Shown here: positions 28,119-36,885 of the stretch, one piece after another
How the letters are laid out: each line of letters opens with the position of its first letter
How positions within the stretch are numbered: position 1 is the first letter of the stretch
Origin: Myxococcota bacterium
Lineage (GTDB): Bacteria; Myxococcota_A; UBA796; SXON01
Assembly (NCBI GenBank): GCA_040386535.1
Contig: JAZKFH010000025.1
Coordinates: forward strand, 96,001-160,000
DNA: 64,000 nt
Reading direction: 5' to 3'
Notes under the pieces: model-generated
The model's database searches: none
Told to the model about the DNA's origin: nothing
Seen by the model: the letters and a program-made list of their open reading frames with translations, nothing else
Position numbers and translations under genes: made by a program

Positions 28119-29140
28119 GGGAGGGCTCCGGGGGTGAAATAGACGACCTCCCGATCCGTCGCGAGCAGCGGACGTTCGGAGAGCGGGAGGAATCGCCTCA
28201 GCTCGCCCTCGGCGCGCGCGACGACCGCCTGCGTGGCGAGGTCGATCACGAGCACAGCGTCCATCGGCGGGTGCTCCAGCGTCCGCAGCACCTCGTCTCG
28301 CGACAGGTCGGTGGTGGGCGGCACGGTGAGCGAGGGGAGCGGCCACTCCACGAACCGGTCGGTGGTGCCGGGGCCGACCGCTACGAGGAGCCAGCGCCCG
28401 CCGGGATCGACGAAGAGGCCGCGCGCGGCGCCGTCGACCGGCAGGGTCCAGCGGATGTCGAGCGTGTTGGGATCGAAGGCGCGGACGAGGGGCGAGGGCC
28501 ACGCGACGAGGTAGGCCTCGACGCCCGAGGGGTGGAGCGCGAGCCAGCCGGGCCACGACACCGACGCTGTGGCGGCGCCCAGCCGCACCGTGCGCGAGCC
28601 GTTCCCGACGCGCACGAGCTGCCCCGCGCCGTCGATCCCGCGGAGCCAGGTGATGCGCCCGCTCCCGGGCCCGACGATGACGCGGTGGAAGCCGCTGCGC
28701 CAACCCGCCGCCATGCCCGCGTTCCATGCGGCGCCGAACTCGATGGCCGCGGTGCCGAGAGAGGGCGCGTCCTCCTCGAGGGGCGGGGGAGGGGACCCGG
28801 GGGAGGGGGGGCCGACCGTGCCATCCGCGGCGAGGGGCGCCACGCAGCGCGGGGACTCCGCGATCGCGGGGGGGCAGGCGCCCTCGACTTCCCACCCGGA
28901 CGGCGTGGCGCGGAGGGTGTCGAACGCGGCCAGCGCGCCCGGCGTGCCGATGGGGACGGCGTCGGGGAGGGACACGAGCCCGCCGCGGACGAGCGCGCGG
29001 CAGTCCGCCCCGTCACACGCCACGTCCGCGAGGCCCGGCACGGAGAGGCGGGACTCGCCGGGCGCCGAACGCGTGTCGACACCGGGACCGGAGACGCGGC
29101 CAACGCCTGGACAAGCCAACAGGAGGAGCAGCAGGGGCAC
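28115..29140 (-). CDS. Hypothetical lipoprotein, possibly beta-propeller
   Basis: MPLLLLLLAC start; LALHPSG / LFVDPGG blade-like repeats; ATGA overlap with bcp. Confidence 0.6.
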   Translation of the reverse strand: MPLLLLLLACPGVGRVSGPGVDTRSAPGESRLSVPGLADVACDGADCRALVRGGLVSLPDAVPIGTPGALAAFDTLRATPSGWEVEGACPPAIAESPRCVAPLAADGTVGPPSPGSPPPPLEEDAPSLGTAAIEFGAAWNAGMAAGWRSGFHRVIVGPGSGRITWLRGIDGAGQLVRVGNGSRTVRLGAATASVSWPGWLALHPSGVEAYLVAWPSPLVRAFDPNTLDIRWTLPVDGAARGLFVDPGGRWLLVAVGPGTTDRFVEWPLPSLTVPPTTDLSRDEVLRTLEHPPMDAVLVIDLATQAVVARAEGELRRFLPLSERPLLATDREVVYFTPGALP

Positions 29141-29195
29141 CCCCGCGGTCTAACCGTTTGTTGCCTTGGGACGGTCGGGTCATTATTGCTGGGCG

Positions 29196-30026
29196 ATGTC
29201 GAGAGACGATGGGCGTCCGGGCCGTGGCCCGGTTGGTGGTGGTGGGGCGGTTCGCAGGGGCCCGCCTGGGCGCGACGACCGTCGGCGCCCGTCGCGTGAG
29301 GATCCGCATGCCAAGCGCGCGGCCGAGATCGCCCGTACCACCGGCCTCACCATCGAGGCCGCCCGCACGGTGGCCGCAGGGCGGGCGGATCTGAACGACC
29401 TGCTCAAGCGCATGGCGTTCCAGGACGAGGTCCAGGCGCTCATGACCCGGCACGAGCTCAACCGCGCCCTGGCGACGCAGATCGTCATGGGGCAGGCGAA
29501 CCTCGCGCAGGTGTTGACGCGCCGGCGCGTCGAGAGCCAGCTGGAGGCCAATCGTGACCGCACGGTCCTCGAGCTCGCCTTGGCGGACGGGCGGGAGCTG
29601 ACCCTGGGCCTCCACGGCCATCGCCAGCTCCGCGCGCGCATCCGCGCCGTGGAGCGGTACGAGGTAGTGCTCCTCGAGAGCGAGGCCAACGTGGAGCATC
29701 GCGTCCACAAGCTGCAGATCAAGTACGCCTACGCGCCGGACGACCACAAGAAGGTCCGCAAGGGCCTCGACTACGACAAGGCCCGCCGCGACGCCGTGGT
29801 GGAGCCGATCCCCCGCCCACAGGATCGGTACGCCTGCTCCGATCGCCGACTCGGGCTGGCGCTGGATCGGAAGCTCCCCGTCACGACCGTGACCCTCGAA
29901 GGCGAGTGTTTCAACGGGGAGATCGCGTGGGTTTCCCGCTACGAATTCGCCGTCCGCACCCGGGCCGGGGGTGAGGTGGTCATCTTCCGGCACGCGCTCG
30001 CCGAGCTCCGCGAACCCGCCAGCTAG
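29196..30026 (+). CDS. Protein with two tandem Hfq/Sm-like domains
   Basis: C-terminal ..DRKLPVTTVTLEGECFNGEI...RYEF...VVIFRHAL aligns by eye with Hfq; a second weaker copy lies upstream. Confidence 0.65.
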   Translation: MSRDDGRPGRGPVGGGGAVRRGPPGRDDRRRPSREDPHAKRAAEIARTTGLTIEAARTVAAGRADLNDLLKRMAFQDEVQALMTRHELNRALATQIVMGQANLAQVLTRRRVESQLEANRDRTVLELALADGRELTLGLHGHRQLRARIRAVERYEVVLLESEANVEHRVHKLQIKYAYAPDDHKKVRKGLDYDKARRDAVVEPIPRPQDRYACSDRRLGLALDRKLPVTTVTLEGECFNGEIAWVSRYEFAVRTRAGGEVVIFRHALAELREPAS

Positions 30027-30089
30027 CACTCCGTCCGGGGGGCTGGCGCCCCGCCGACACGTTAGGCGCCCTGCTCGAAACAGGTGCGC

Positions 30090-30704
30090 ATGGGTGTTCT
30101 GAAGGGCGGGTTGTCGGTACGGCGCTATCGAGCGGAGCAGCCGCCCGAGGGCTTCCGTGACACGTACATCGCGGCGCTCGAAGAGAACCAGTTCCGCGAG
30201 CCCCTCACCGAGGTGCACAAGGAGCAGAAGGTGGGGTGGTGCCAGGTGCACAACCTGCTGGACACGTCGTTCCTGGACACGAACCGCTGGCTGTACAATC
30301 AATACGCCGTGTTCGGCATGCGCATCGACAAGAAGGTGCTGCCGGCGAAGCTGTTCCAGGCGCACCTCCAGAAGCGCTGCGAGGGCTGGAACCAGGCGAA
30401 CGGCCGCGAGCGCACCCCCTCCAAGGTCAAGGGGGAGCTCAAGGAGGCGCTGGAGCTGGAGATGCTCCTCAAGACGCTTCCGCGCGTCGCGGTCTACGAG
30501 GTCGCCTGGAACATCAACGAGGGGTGGGTCATCTTCCACAACCAGTCGGAGGTGCCGAACGACACCTTCCGGAAGTTGTTCCACCGCACCTTCGGCATGG
30601 CGCTCGTGCCCCACGATCCGCTCGACTTCATCGCGGATCGCCTCGACTACATCGACGGCCTCGTCAGCAGCGGCGCCAGTGACCTGCGCATGGAGCACTC
30701 GTGA
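30090..30704 (+). CDS. RdgC-family protein (N-terminal-half-like)
   Basis: GLSVRRYR, VGW, FGMRIDKKVLP, ELLLKTLP-type motif, LFHRTFG. Confidence 0.75.
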   Translation: MGVLKGGLSVRRYRAEQPPEGFRDTYIAALEENQFREPLTEVHKEQKVGWCQVHNLLDTSFLDTNRWLYNQYAVFGMRIDKKVLPAKLFQAHLQKRCEGWNQANGRERTPSKVKGELKEALELEMLLKTLPRVAVYEVAWNINEGWVIFHNQSEVPNDTFRKLFHRTFGMALVPHDPLDFIADRLDYIDGLVSSGASDLRMEHS

Positions 30705-31264
30705 GCGACACCGAAGAGTCCGAGGGCGTACCTCCGCACGTGGCCTCCGAGTTCTTCCTCTGGCTCTGGTACCAGAGCGAGACTGGGCAGGGCCGGGTCG
30801 ACTTTGGCGAGACCGGCGGCTCGGTCGAGTACTGGGTCGACGATCGCATCGCCTTCCGCACCGTCGGCGAGGAGAAGGTCTCCGCGGTCATGACCGGCGA
30901 CAACCCGTCGCTTTCGCCCGAGGCGCACGCCGCGCTCGCGGGCGGCAAGGTCATCCGGGACGTGCGTCTCGCCATCCGCCGTGAGGATCGCGAGTACGCG
31001 GTCACCCTCAAGGCGCCGCGGATCGAGATCGCCGGCGCCAAGCTCCCGGCCCTGGTCAAGAGCGGAGACGACGGCGAGGTGCTCTACGAGCGGATGTTCC
31101 TGTACGAAGAGCTGCACTTCGTGCTCGGCGGCCTGTTCCGCGCCTTCGCAGAGGCACGGTGCGCGGACGAGTGGCGCGAGCGGACGCTCCCCGATCTGCG
31201 CCGTTGGGTCGCCGCGGCGCCGGGTGGCTCCGCTGGGCTTGACGCGGGCGCGGAAGCATCATAA
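30701..31264 (+). CDS. RdgC-associated protein (C-terminal-half-like)
   Basis: EFFLWLWY, EAHAALAGGK, LYERM motifs; GTGA overlap. Confidence 0.65.
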   Translation: MSDTEESEGVPPHVASEFFLWLWYQSETGQGRVDFGETGGSVEYWVDDRIAFRTVGEEKVSAVMTGDNPSLSPEAHAALAGGKVIRDVRLAIRREDREYAVTLKAPRIEIAGAKLPALVKSGDDGEVLYERMFLYEELHFVLGGLFRAFAEARCADEWRERTLPDLRRWVAAAPGGSAGLDAGAEAS

Positions 31265-31318
31265 GAGGGTGGGCCGGCAACGGTCGCTGATCCTTTCAGC
31301 GGCTATTGCTTCAGAAAT

Positions 31319-31395
<77 letters not shown>

Positions 31396-31401
31396 CTCCC
31401 C

Positions 31402-31428
31402 CTCATTCGTGAAGTCTCATTCGTGAAG
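31402..31428. repeat. 13-bp perfect tandem direct repeat CTCATTCGTGAAG
   Basis: Copies at 31402-31414 and 31416-31428, 6 nt after the tRNA 3' end. Confidence 0.85.
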
Positions 31429-31564
31429 CAGTCGCCTCCAGGGTTGCCTGCCGACGCATCTGCGCGGTAGGTTGGAAGATGCGGGCCACGACCACGAACA
31501 GCACGCTGACACGCCCATTTGGCAAGCGCGAGGCCCCCGCCCGCTGCCAAAGGGTGGCGCGTAG

Positions 31565-32437
31565 ATGATCCTACGCTTCTGGGGCGTGCGTGGATCGATC
31601 GCCGTCCCCGGTATCGACACGAGCCGGTACGGTGGCAACACGTCGTGTGTCGAGGTGACCGCGCCCGGGGTCGCGTCGCTCGTGTTCGATTGTGGCACCG
31701 GCGCCCGCGCGTTGGGGCGCGCCCTGTTGGCGAGGCCGGAGCGAGAGCTGCATCTGCTCTTCTCCCACTTCCACATGGATCACGTCTTCGGCTTCCCGTT
31801 CTTCGCGCCCATCTTTGCGCCCTCCTTCGAGACCACGGTGTCGGCGCCCGCCTTCCACCCGGACGGCGCGAAGGACCGCCTCGCACGGTACCTCAACGGG
31901 GTGTTCCACCCGCTGCGGCTGCCCGAGGTGCCCGGCCGCATCGTGTACGACGCGATCCGGCCCGCCCGCCCCTTCACGCGGGGCCCGTGGGAAATCGTCG
32001 GCTTCGCGTTGAACCACCCCGGCGGGGCCTGCGCCTACCGCGCCACGCTCGCCACGCCCGGCGGCGGCGGCCGCTCGATCGCCTATGTCACCGACACCGC
32101 GCCCCTGTCCCGCCCGGGGGAGGGGTTGGCCGGCGGTGGCCTCCCGAACGGGCGCGAGGCGCAGTTCATCGACTTCCTCCGCGGCGCGGACATCGTCGTG
32201 TTCGACACGATGTTCACCCTGCCCGAGTACCTCGAGAAGATGACGTGGGGGCACTCCTACCCGGAGTACGCCGTGGCCGTGTGCGACGCGGCCGACGTGA
32301 AGACCCTCTACCTGTTCCATCACGCGCCGGACGCCACCGACGCCGACCTCGACATGCTCGCCGAACATTGGGCCGGTCACACCCGTGTGCGGGTGCGCGT
32401 GGCCCGGGAGGGGCAAGAAGTGAACCTCGAGGGGTAG
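31565..32437 (+). CDS. MBL-fold metallo-hydrolase
   Basis: FWGVRGS, YGGNTSC, DCGTG, SHFHMDH, WGHS, FHH.P. Confidence 0.92.
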   Translation: MILRFWGVRGSIAVPGIDTSRYGGNTSCVEVTAPGVASLVFDCGTGARALGRALLARPERELHLLFSHFHMDHVFGFPFFAPIFAPSFETTVSAPAFHPDGAKDRLARYLNGVFHPLRLPEVPGRIVYDAIRPARPFTRGPWEIVGFALNHPGGACAYRATLATPGGGGRSIAYVTDTAPLSRPGEGLAGGGLPNGREAQFIDFLRGADIVVFDTMFTLPEYLEKMTWGHSYPEYAVAVCDAADVKTLYLFHHAPDATDADLDMLAEHWAGHTRVRVRVAREGQEVNLEG

Positions 32438-32484
32438 CGCAGCTCTACCTGGACGAATCAGTCAGCAACAGCATCCTCGCAGGG

Positions 32485-32814
32485 GTGCTCGTGCTCCTCA
32501 CGGCCGTGTGGACGTTGTGGGGGGCCTGCTGGCTGCGCCGGGTAGAGCTGCGACGAGACAAGGAGCCCCTCGTGCGGGCGTTGGGCCTCGCCTGGGTTCG
32601 GGAGGGGTTGGGCCCTTCCGTGCGCGCGCGGGGCACGGTCAGCGGGCAAGCGATCGAAGTTCGATGGCGTCGGGGCCTCTCGCGCGACCGGGTGCGCCTG
32701 CTCCGCGGGCAGACCAGCTGGCGGTTCGTGACGGATGACGAGCTCCCAACGCTGATCGCGGGGGCGCCGGAGTCAGAGCCAGCAGCGGCAGTGGAGTCGG
32801 ATCCGCCGGCCTGA
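32485..32814 (+). CDS. Small hypothetical membrane protein
   Basis: Fills the gap between genes; hydrophobic N-terminus; start codon uncertain. Confidence 0.4.
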   Translation: MLVLLTAVWTLWGACWLRRVELRRDKEPLVRALGLAWVREGLGPSVRARGTVSGQAIEVRWRRGLSRDRVRLLRGQTSWRFVTDDELPTLIAGAPESEPAAAVESDPPA

Positions 32815-32818
32815 ACGC

Positions 32819-33748
32819 TCAGTCCGGGAACACGTGCCGCTCTAGCAGGAACCGGTCGATCCGATGATGGATCGTGTCGGGCTGCTCGATCAGGGCCGCG
32901 TGGGAGCCGTCCGCGAGCACGAGGAACTCGGCGCCGGGGATGGCGAGCACCATCTTCCGCGAGAGCCACATCGGCGTGAAGGTGTCACGCTCGGCGGCGA
33001 TGACCAGCGTTGGGACCTTGATGCCGGCGAGGGTGTCCCACGCGTCGTGCTCCTGCGTCAGCAGCACGGTGTGCAGGAACACGCGCATGTCGAGCGAGGC
33101 GAGGTGCCGCATGTACGGGAGCAGGTCCTCCTTGCGGCAATAGAGCGGGTCGACCAGGGAGGCCTTCCGGGCCACCCACCAGGCGATCGGCGACTCCATG
33201 AGCGGCCGGATGACGTAGTGGGAGCGGTCACCCAGGCTGTCGAGGAACCGCGCCGCGGCCGCGAACAACTTCGGCGAGCCGGGGTAGTCGTAGAAGGTCT
33301 CCAGCGCCCGGCCGGCCGTGCCGAGCAGCGGCACCATCCCCAGGACCCGCTCGGGGTGGTTGCGGTGGAATTCCAGCACCACCTGGACGCCCATCGAGTG
33401 GCCCATGAGCAGGGCGGTGGAGATGCCCGCGGCCTCCATCACGGCCTCGAGGTCGCGCGCGTGGCGAGGGATGGAGAGGTCGGCCGTGGCGATGTCGGCC
33501 GGGCGGTCGCTGCGGCCGTGGGCGCGGTAGTCCCACAACAGCACCGTGTGCCGGCGGCAGTAGTGCTCGACGATGTACTTCCAGAAGAAGATGCTGACGC
33601 CGACGCCGTTGCAGCACACGATCGGCGGCCCCTCGCCCACGGCGCGCCAGTAGAGCCGCGTGCCGTCGTCCGCGACCGCGAACCCCGTGCGGACCGGGGT
33701 GGCGCGGGAGGGGAGCGTGAGGGTGCGGGTGCGGGCGGGTTCATGCAT
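32819..33748 (-). CDS. Alpha/beta-fold hydrolase
   Basis: DYRAHGRS, GHSMG nucleophile elbow, D (AERD) and H (GSHA). Confidence 0.9.
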   Translation of the reverse strand: MHEPARTRTLTLPSRATPVRTGFAVADDGTRLYWRAVGEGPPIVCCNGVGVSIFFWKYIVEHYCRRHTVLLWDYRAHGRSDRPADIATADLSIPRHARDLEAVMEAAGISTALLMGHSMGVQVVLEFHRNHPERVLGMVPLLGTAGRALETFYDYPGSPKLFAAAARFLDSLGDRSHYVIRPLMESPIAWWVARKASLVDPLYCRKEDLLPYMRHLASLDMRVFLHTVLLTQEHDAWDTLAGIKVPTLVIAAERDTFTPMWLSRKMVLAIPGAEFLVLADGSHAALIEQPDTIHHRIDRFLLERHVFPD

Positions 33749-33815
33749 GGCGGTTCAATCTAACCAGGGGGCCGGGCTCCGGCCGGGAAGCGCGGGCCCG
33801 CGCAGACCAGAGGGG

Positions 33816-33860
33816 CAAAACGCCGAAGCCCCGATTGGACACGAGGTCCAACCGGGGCTT
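33816..33860 (-). terminator. Terminator-like hairpin after tRNA-Ala
   Basis: aagccccgattggac-acgag-gtccaaccggggctt stem (33826-33860) followed on the minus strand by CGGCGTTTT. Confidence 0.65.
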
Positions 33861-33864
33861 GGGG

Positions 33865-33940
<76 letters not shown>

Positions 33941-34012
33941 GAACGTGCAGGCCATTTAATGTATGCCCCCCGAGGCGTCAAGGCATCGGGCGCCTATCTG
34001 GGGGCGTAGATT

Positions 34013-34825
34013 TCAGTCCAATCCCCGCTGCTCCAGATCTTCCTCGTCCAGGCCGAGGAAATGCCCGATCTCGTGCAGGAGCGTGACGCGAAGCTCGTCC
34101 AGCATGCCTTCCTGGTCGTGCGCCACGCGCATGAGGTTCCGACGGAACAACAGGATGGTCGCCGGCAGGGCGCTCCACGGGTCGTCGCTCGAGCGATCCG
34201 TGAGGGCGTGCCCGGCGAAGCAGCCCAGCACCTCGCCGGGGCGCGCCGGCGGGTCGAACTGGCGGAGCAGCTCGACCGAGGGAACCTCGTCCACCAGGAT
34301 GGGGACGTTCTCGAGGTACCGCTGGAGCGAGGGATGGAGCAGCCCGATGACCTCCTCCGTCAGCGTCTCGATGGTCTCGTCGGGCAGGGGGAGGGGCGCG
34401 GGGAACCCCTCGGGGTCGACCAGCGCCGCGGCCTGGTAGTCACGCGCGGCGCCGTCGTGGTCATCCCGACGCTCGCGGTGGCAGGCACGGTAGTACAACG
34501 CCTCAGGGTGATGCGGATCGAGGCGGAGCGCGTTGAGGAGGATGCCGCGGGACTCCTCGAACTCGCAGGCGTCGAAGAGCTCGCGCCCGAGGGCCACCAG
34601 CGCGTCGACGTGATCGGCGTCGAGCTGGACCGACATGCGCAAGGCGTCGAGGCCCTCCTGGGTCTCGTCGGAGACGCAGAGCGCGAGCCCGCAGACGTAG
34701 AAGCTCTCGGCATCGGGTTGGCGGCCCAGGGCCTCACGCGCGAGGGTCAGGGCGCGGCGCGGATCTTCGTCCAGCAGCCCGAGGGCTTGCTCGCGAAGCT
34801 CGGAGACGGAGCGGCTGCGCTTCAT
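34013..34825 (-). CDS. TPR + minimal zincin metallopeptidase
   Basis: N-terminal TPRs; ILLFRRNL...VTLLHEIGHFLGLDE; ATGA overlap with the upstream gene. Confidence 0.88.
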   Translation of the reverse strand: MKRSRSVSELREQALGLLDEDPRRALTLAREALGRQPDAESFYVCGLALCVSDETQEGLDALRMSVQLDADHVDALVALGRELFDACEFEESRGILLNALRLDPHHPEALYYRACHRERRDDHDGAARDYQAAALVDPEGFPAPLPLPDETIETLTEEVIGLLHPSLQRYLENVPILVDEVPSVELLRQFDPPARPGEVLGCFAGHALTDRSSDDPWSALPATILLFRRNLMRVAHDQEGMLDELRVTLLHEIGHFLGLDEEDLEQRGLD

Positions 34826-36822
34826 GGCGTCGTCACGGGGATGGATGGCGTGGTCACCGGGATGGAGAACTTCTCTTCCACGGCCACGTAGTCCCCATCG
34901 AAGGTCGGCAGGCGCAGCCCGCGGAACGTGCGACGGATGCACGCCTCGGCCGCGGGAAGGTCGAAATTGGCGCCGGTCACGTCGACCCGGCGCACCTGCC
35001 CGTCGCTCGTGATCCACGCGGTGTACACGGCCTCGGCCGTCTCGACGCCGGCGCTGGCGAAACACGGCACGAGGCGCGTGCGTACGGTCTGGACGGCCGC
35101 GACCACGGCGGGGTCGCGGATGACGCCCTCGGCATCGGGCGCCGGGGTCCATCGCATGTCGTCGGCGAGCGTGAGCGTCACGTCGCGCGGGGTGCGCTCG
35201 CCCGCGGGGAGGGTGATGGTCTCCTCCTGCGGGGTGAACCCGTCGGTCTCGACGCGCAGGACGAAGGGCTTCCCAGCCTCCGGCTCGGGGATCTCGAGCT
35301 TTGCGCCGGACCCGACGAGCGCACCGTCGACGAGGACCCGATCGGCGACCGGATCGATGGTGAGCGCGAGCACGGTGACGGGCGGAGCGCGCTGCAAGAA
35401 GAAGACGAGCGCGACGAGGGCGAGCGTCCCGAAGGCGACGGCCACGAGCCCCCCGACGAGCGGAAGGAGCGACTGGCGGTTGGCCTGGAGCGTGAGGGTG
35501 CGCCGCTCGCCGTGGTCGGTCACGACGGTGATGGTCCCGGCGGTGCGGCCCCACGGCATCTGCTGCGGGAGGACGGTGACCACCACCTGCTGCTCGGGGA
35601 CGAGCGGATCGAGCCGCGGCTGCCGGATCTTGAGCCAGTCGCGGTCACTCGTCACGCGGCCCGGCATCTTTCCCTGGCCGACGTTCCGCACGGTCAGCGT
35701 GCGGTCGAAGACGCGGCCGCCCACCTTGAGGGTGATGATCTCGGGGCCGTCCACCGCGAGGCGCGGCCCCATCGTCGCCATGGTCTGAGGGCCCCCCGTG
35801 ATGCCGATCGTCCGCCCGCTCACGGACGGCGGCGTAGGGGCGCGGCTGATGGCGCTGGGCGTGGCGTCCGCCACGGTCGCGCGGGGAGGCGGGAGCGGCG
35901 GGAGTGGCGGGATGGAGGGCCGGCCATCCGGACGAGCCTCGGCAGCGGCGCCGCGGGCCTCGATCTTGGGAACGCGGGTGCCCGCGGGCGCGGTCGACGA
36001 GCGGAAGCCCACCTCGTGCACCGCGGGCGGGGTGCCGCCGGGGAGGGGAGCCTCGCCCGTGATCGCGTCCATCGGGCCGCCGAGCAGGCCGATCAGCGCG
36101 GCAGCGCGCTTCTCCACCTCGTCCGTGACCTCGAGCATCTCCAGGCGCCGCTCGTCGTAGCGCACGCGGCGCTTCGGGTCCGACAACATGCGCCAGGCCT
36201 CATCCAGCGCCTGGAGCACCTCGGAGGAGCGCTTCAGGTCCTTGAGGCTGCGGGCCCAGCGGTAGCGGTTCCGGTAGGCGTCCTCGATGGCGGCGGGCTG
36301 AGCGTTCGTCGCGACGCCGAGGATCGCGTAGTGGTCGATCGAGGTGCCCTCGGCCGTCACGTCGTCCGGTTCGGGCTCGTCCCGGAGCATCCCGGTCTCG
36401 GCGAGGATCTCCTCCAGCCGGCGCGCGACCGCGGCGTCCGCGAGGTCGAGCTGGCGGCCCTGGTGCAGGATGGCGGCCTCGGCTTGCGACGTGAGCGCGC
36501 CCGAGGAGAGCGTGCCGCGGATGAACAACGACAGCACGTCGAGGTTGCGGCCCGCGGTGTCGTCCGTGACGTGCGCGCGGTACTCGTCCACCTCCTCCAG
36601 CATCACCCGCCGGAGGAGGCTGTTGCTCTTGATCAGGAACAACGCCTCGAACTTGTACTTCGGGTTCGACTGCTGCCCCTGCGCCCAGGTGCGGCGCTTC
36701 TTGACGACGTCCTCGAGCGTTGCGTGAGGCGCAGTCGGATCGACGCCGTAGTAGGCGAAGAGAGACGGCCGCCCGACGGAAGTCAGGAAGCGCTCGATCT
36801 CATCGAGGTCGCGGCGGTCCAT
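34822..36822 (-). CDS. Bitopic membrane protein with J-like domains, Ig-like domain, PEGA and TonB-C/AgmX-like C-terminus
   Basis: DHYAILGV...IEDAYR...EAWRMLSDPKRRVRYD; TM LLPLVGGLVAVAFGTLALVALVFFL; RVLVDG...GF PEGA; C-terminal C...DGQV...CI. Confidence 0.8.
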   Translation of the reverse strand: MDRRDLDEIERFLTSVGRPSLFAYYGVDPTAPHATLEDVVKKRRTWAQGQQSNPKYKFEALFLIKSNSLLRRVMLEEVDEYRAHVTDDTAGRNLDVLSLFIRGTLSSGALTSQAEAAILHQGRQLDLADAAVARRLEEILAETGMLRDEPEPDDVTAEGTSIDHYAILGVATNAQPAAIEDAYRNRYRWARSLKDLKRSSEVLQALDEAWRMLSDPKRRVRYDERRLEMLEVTDEVEKRAAALIGLLGGPMDAITGEAPLPGGTPPAVHEVGFRSSTAPAGTRVPKIEARGAAAEARPDGRPSIPPLPPLPPPRATVADATPSAISRAPTPPSVSGRTIGITGGPQTMATMGPRLAVDGPEIITLKVGGRVFDRTLTVRNVGQGKMPGRVTSDRDWLKIRQPRLDPLVPEQQVVVTVLPQQMPWGRTAGTITVVTDHGERRTLTLQANRQSLLPLVGGLVAVAFGTLALVALVFFLQRAPPVTVLALTIDPVADRVLVDGALVGSGAKLEIPEPEAGKPFVLRVETDGFTPQEETITLPAGERTPRDVTLTLADDMRWTPAPDAEGVIRDPAVVAAVQTVRTRLVPCFASAGVETAEAVYTAWITSDGQVRRVDVTGANFDLPAAEACIRRTFRGLRLPTFDGDYVAVEEKFSIPVTTPSIPVTTP

Positions 36823-36885
36823 TGGGGCGGAGGGTGCCTTGTAAGTAGGGTGTCGTCAACCCCCGGGGTCGAGGGGGCATCGGGG

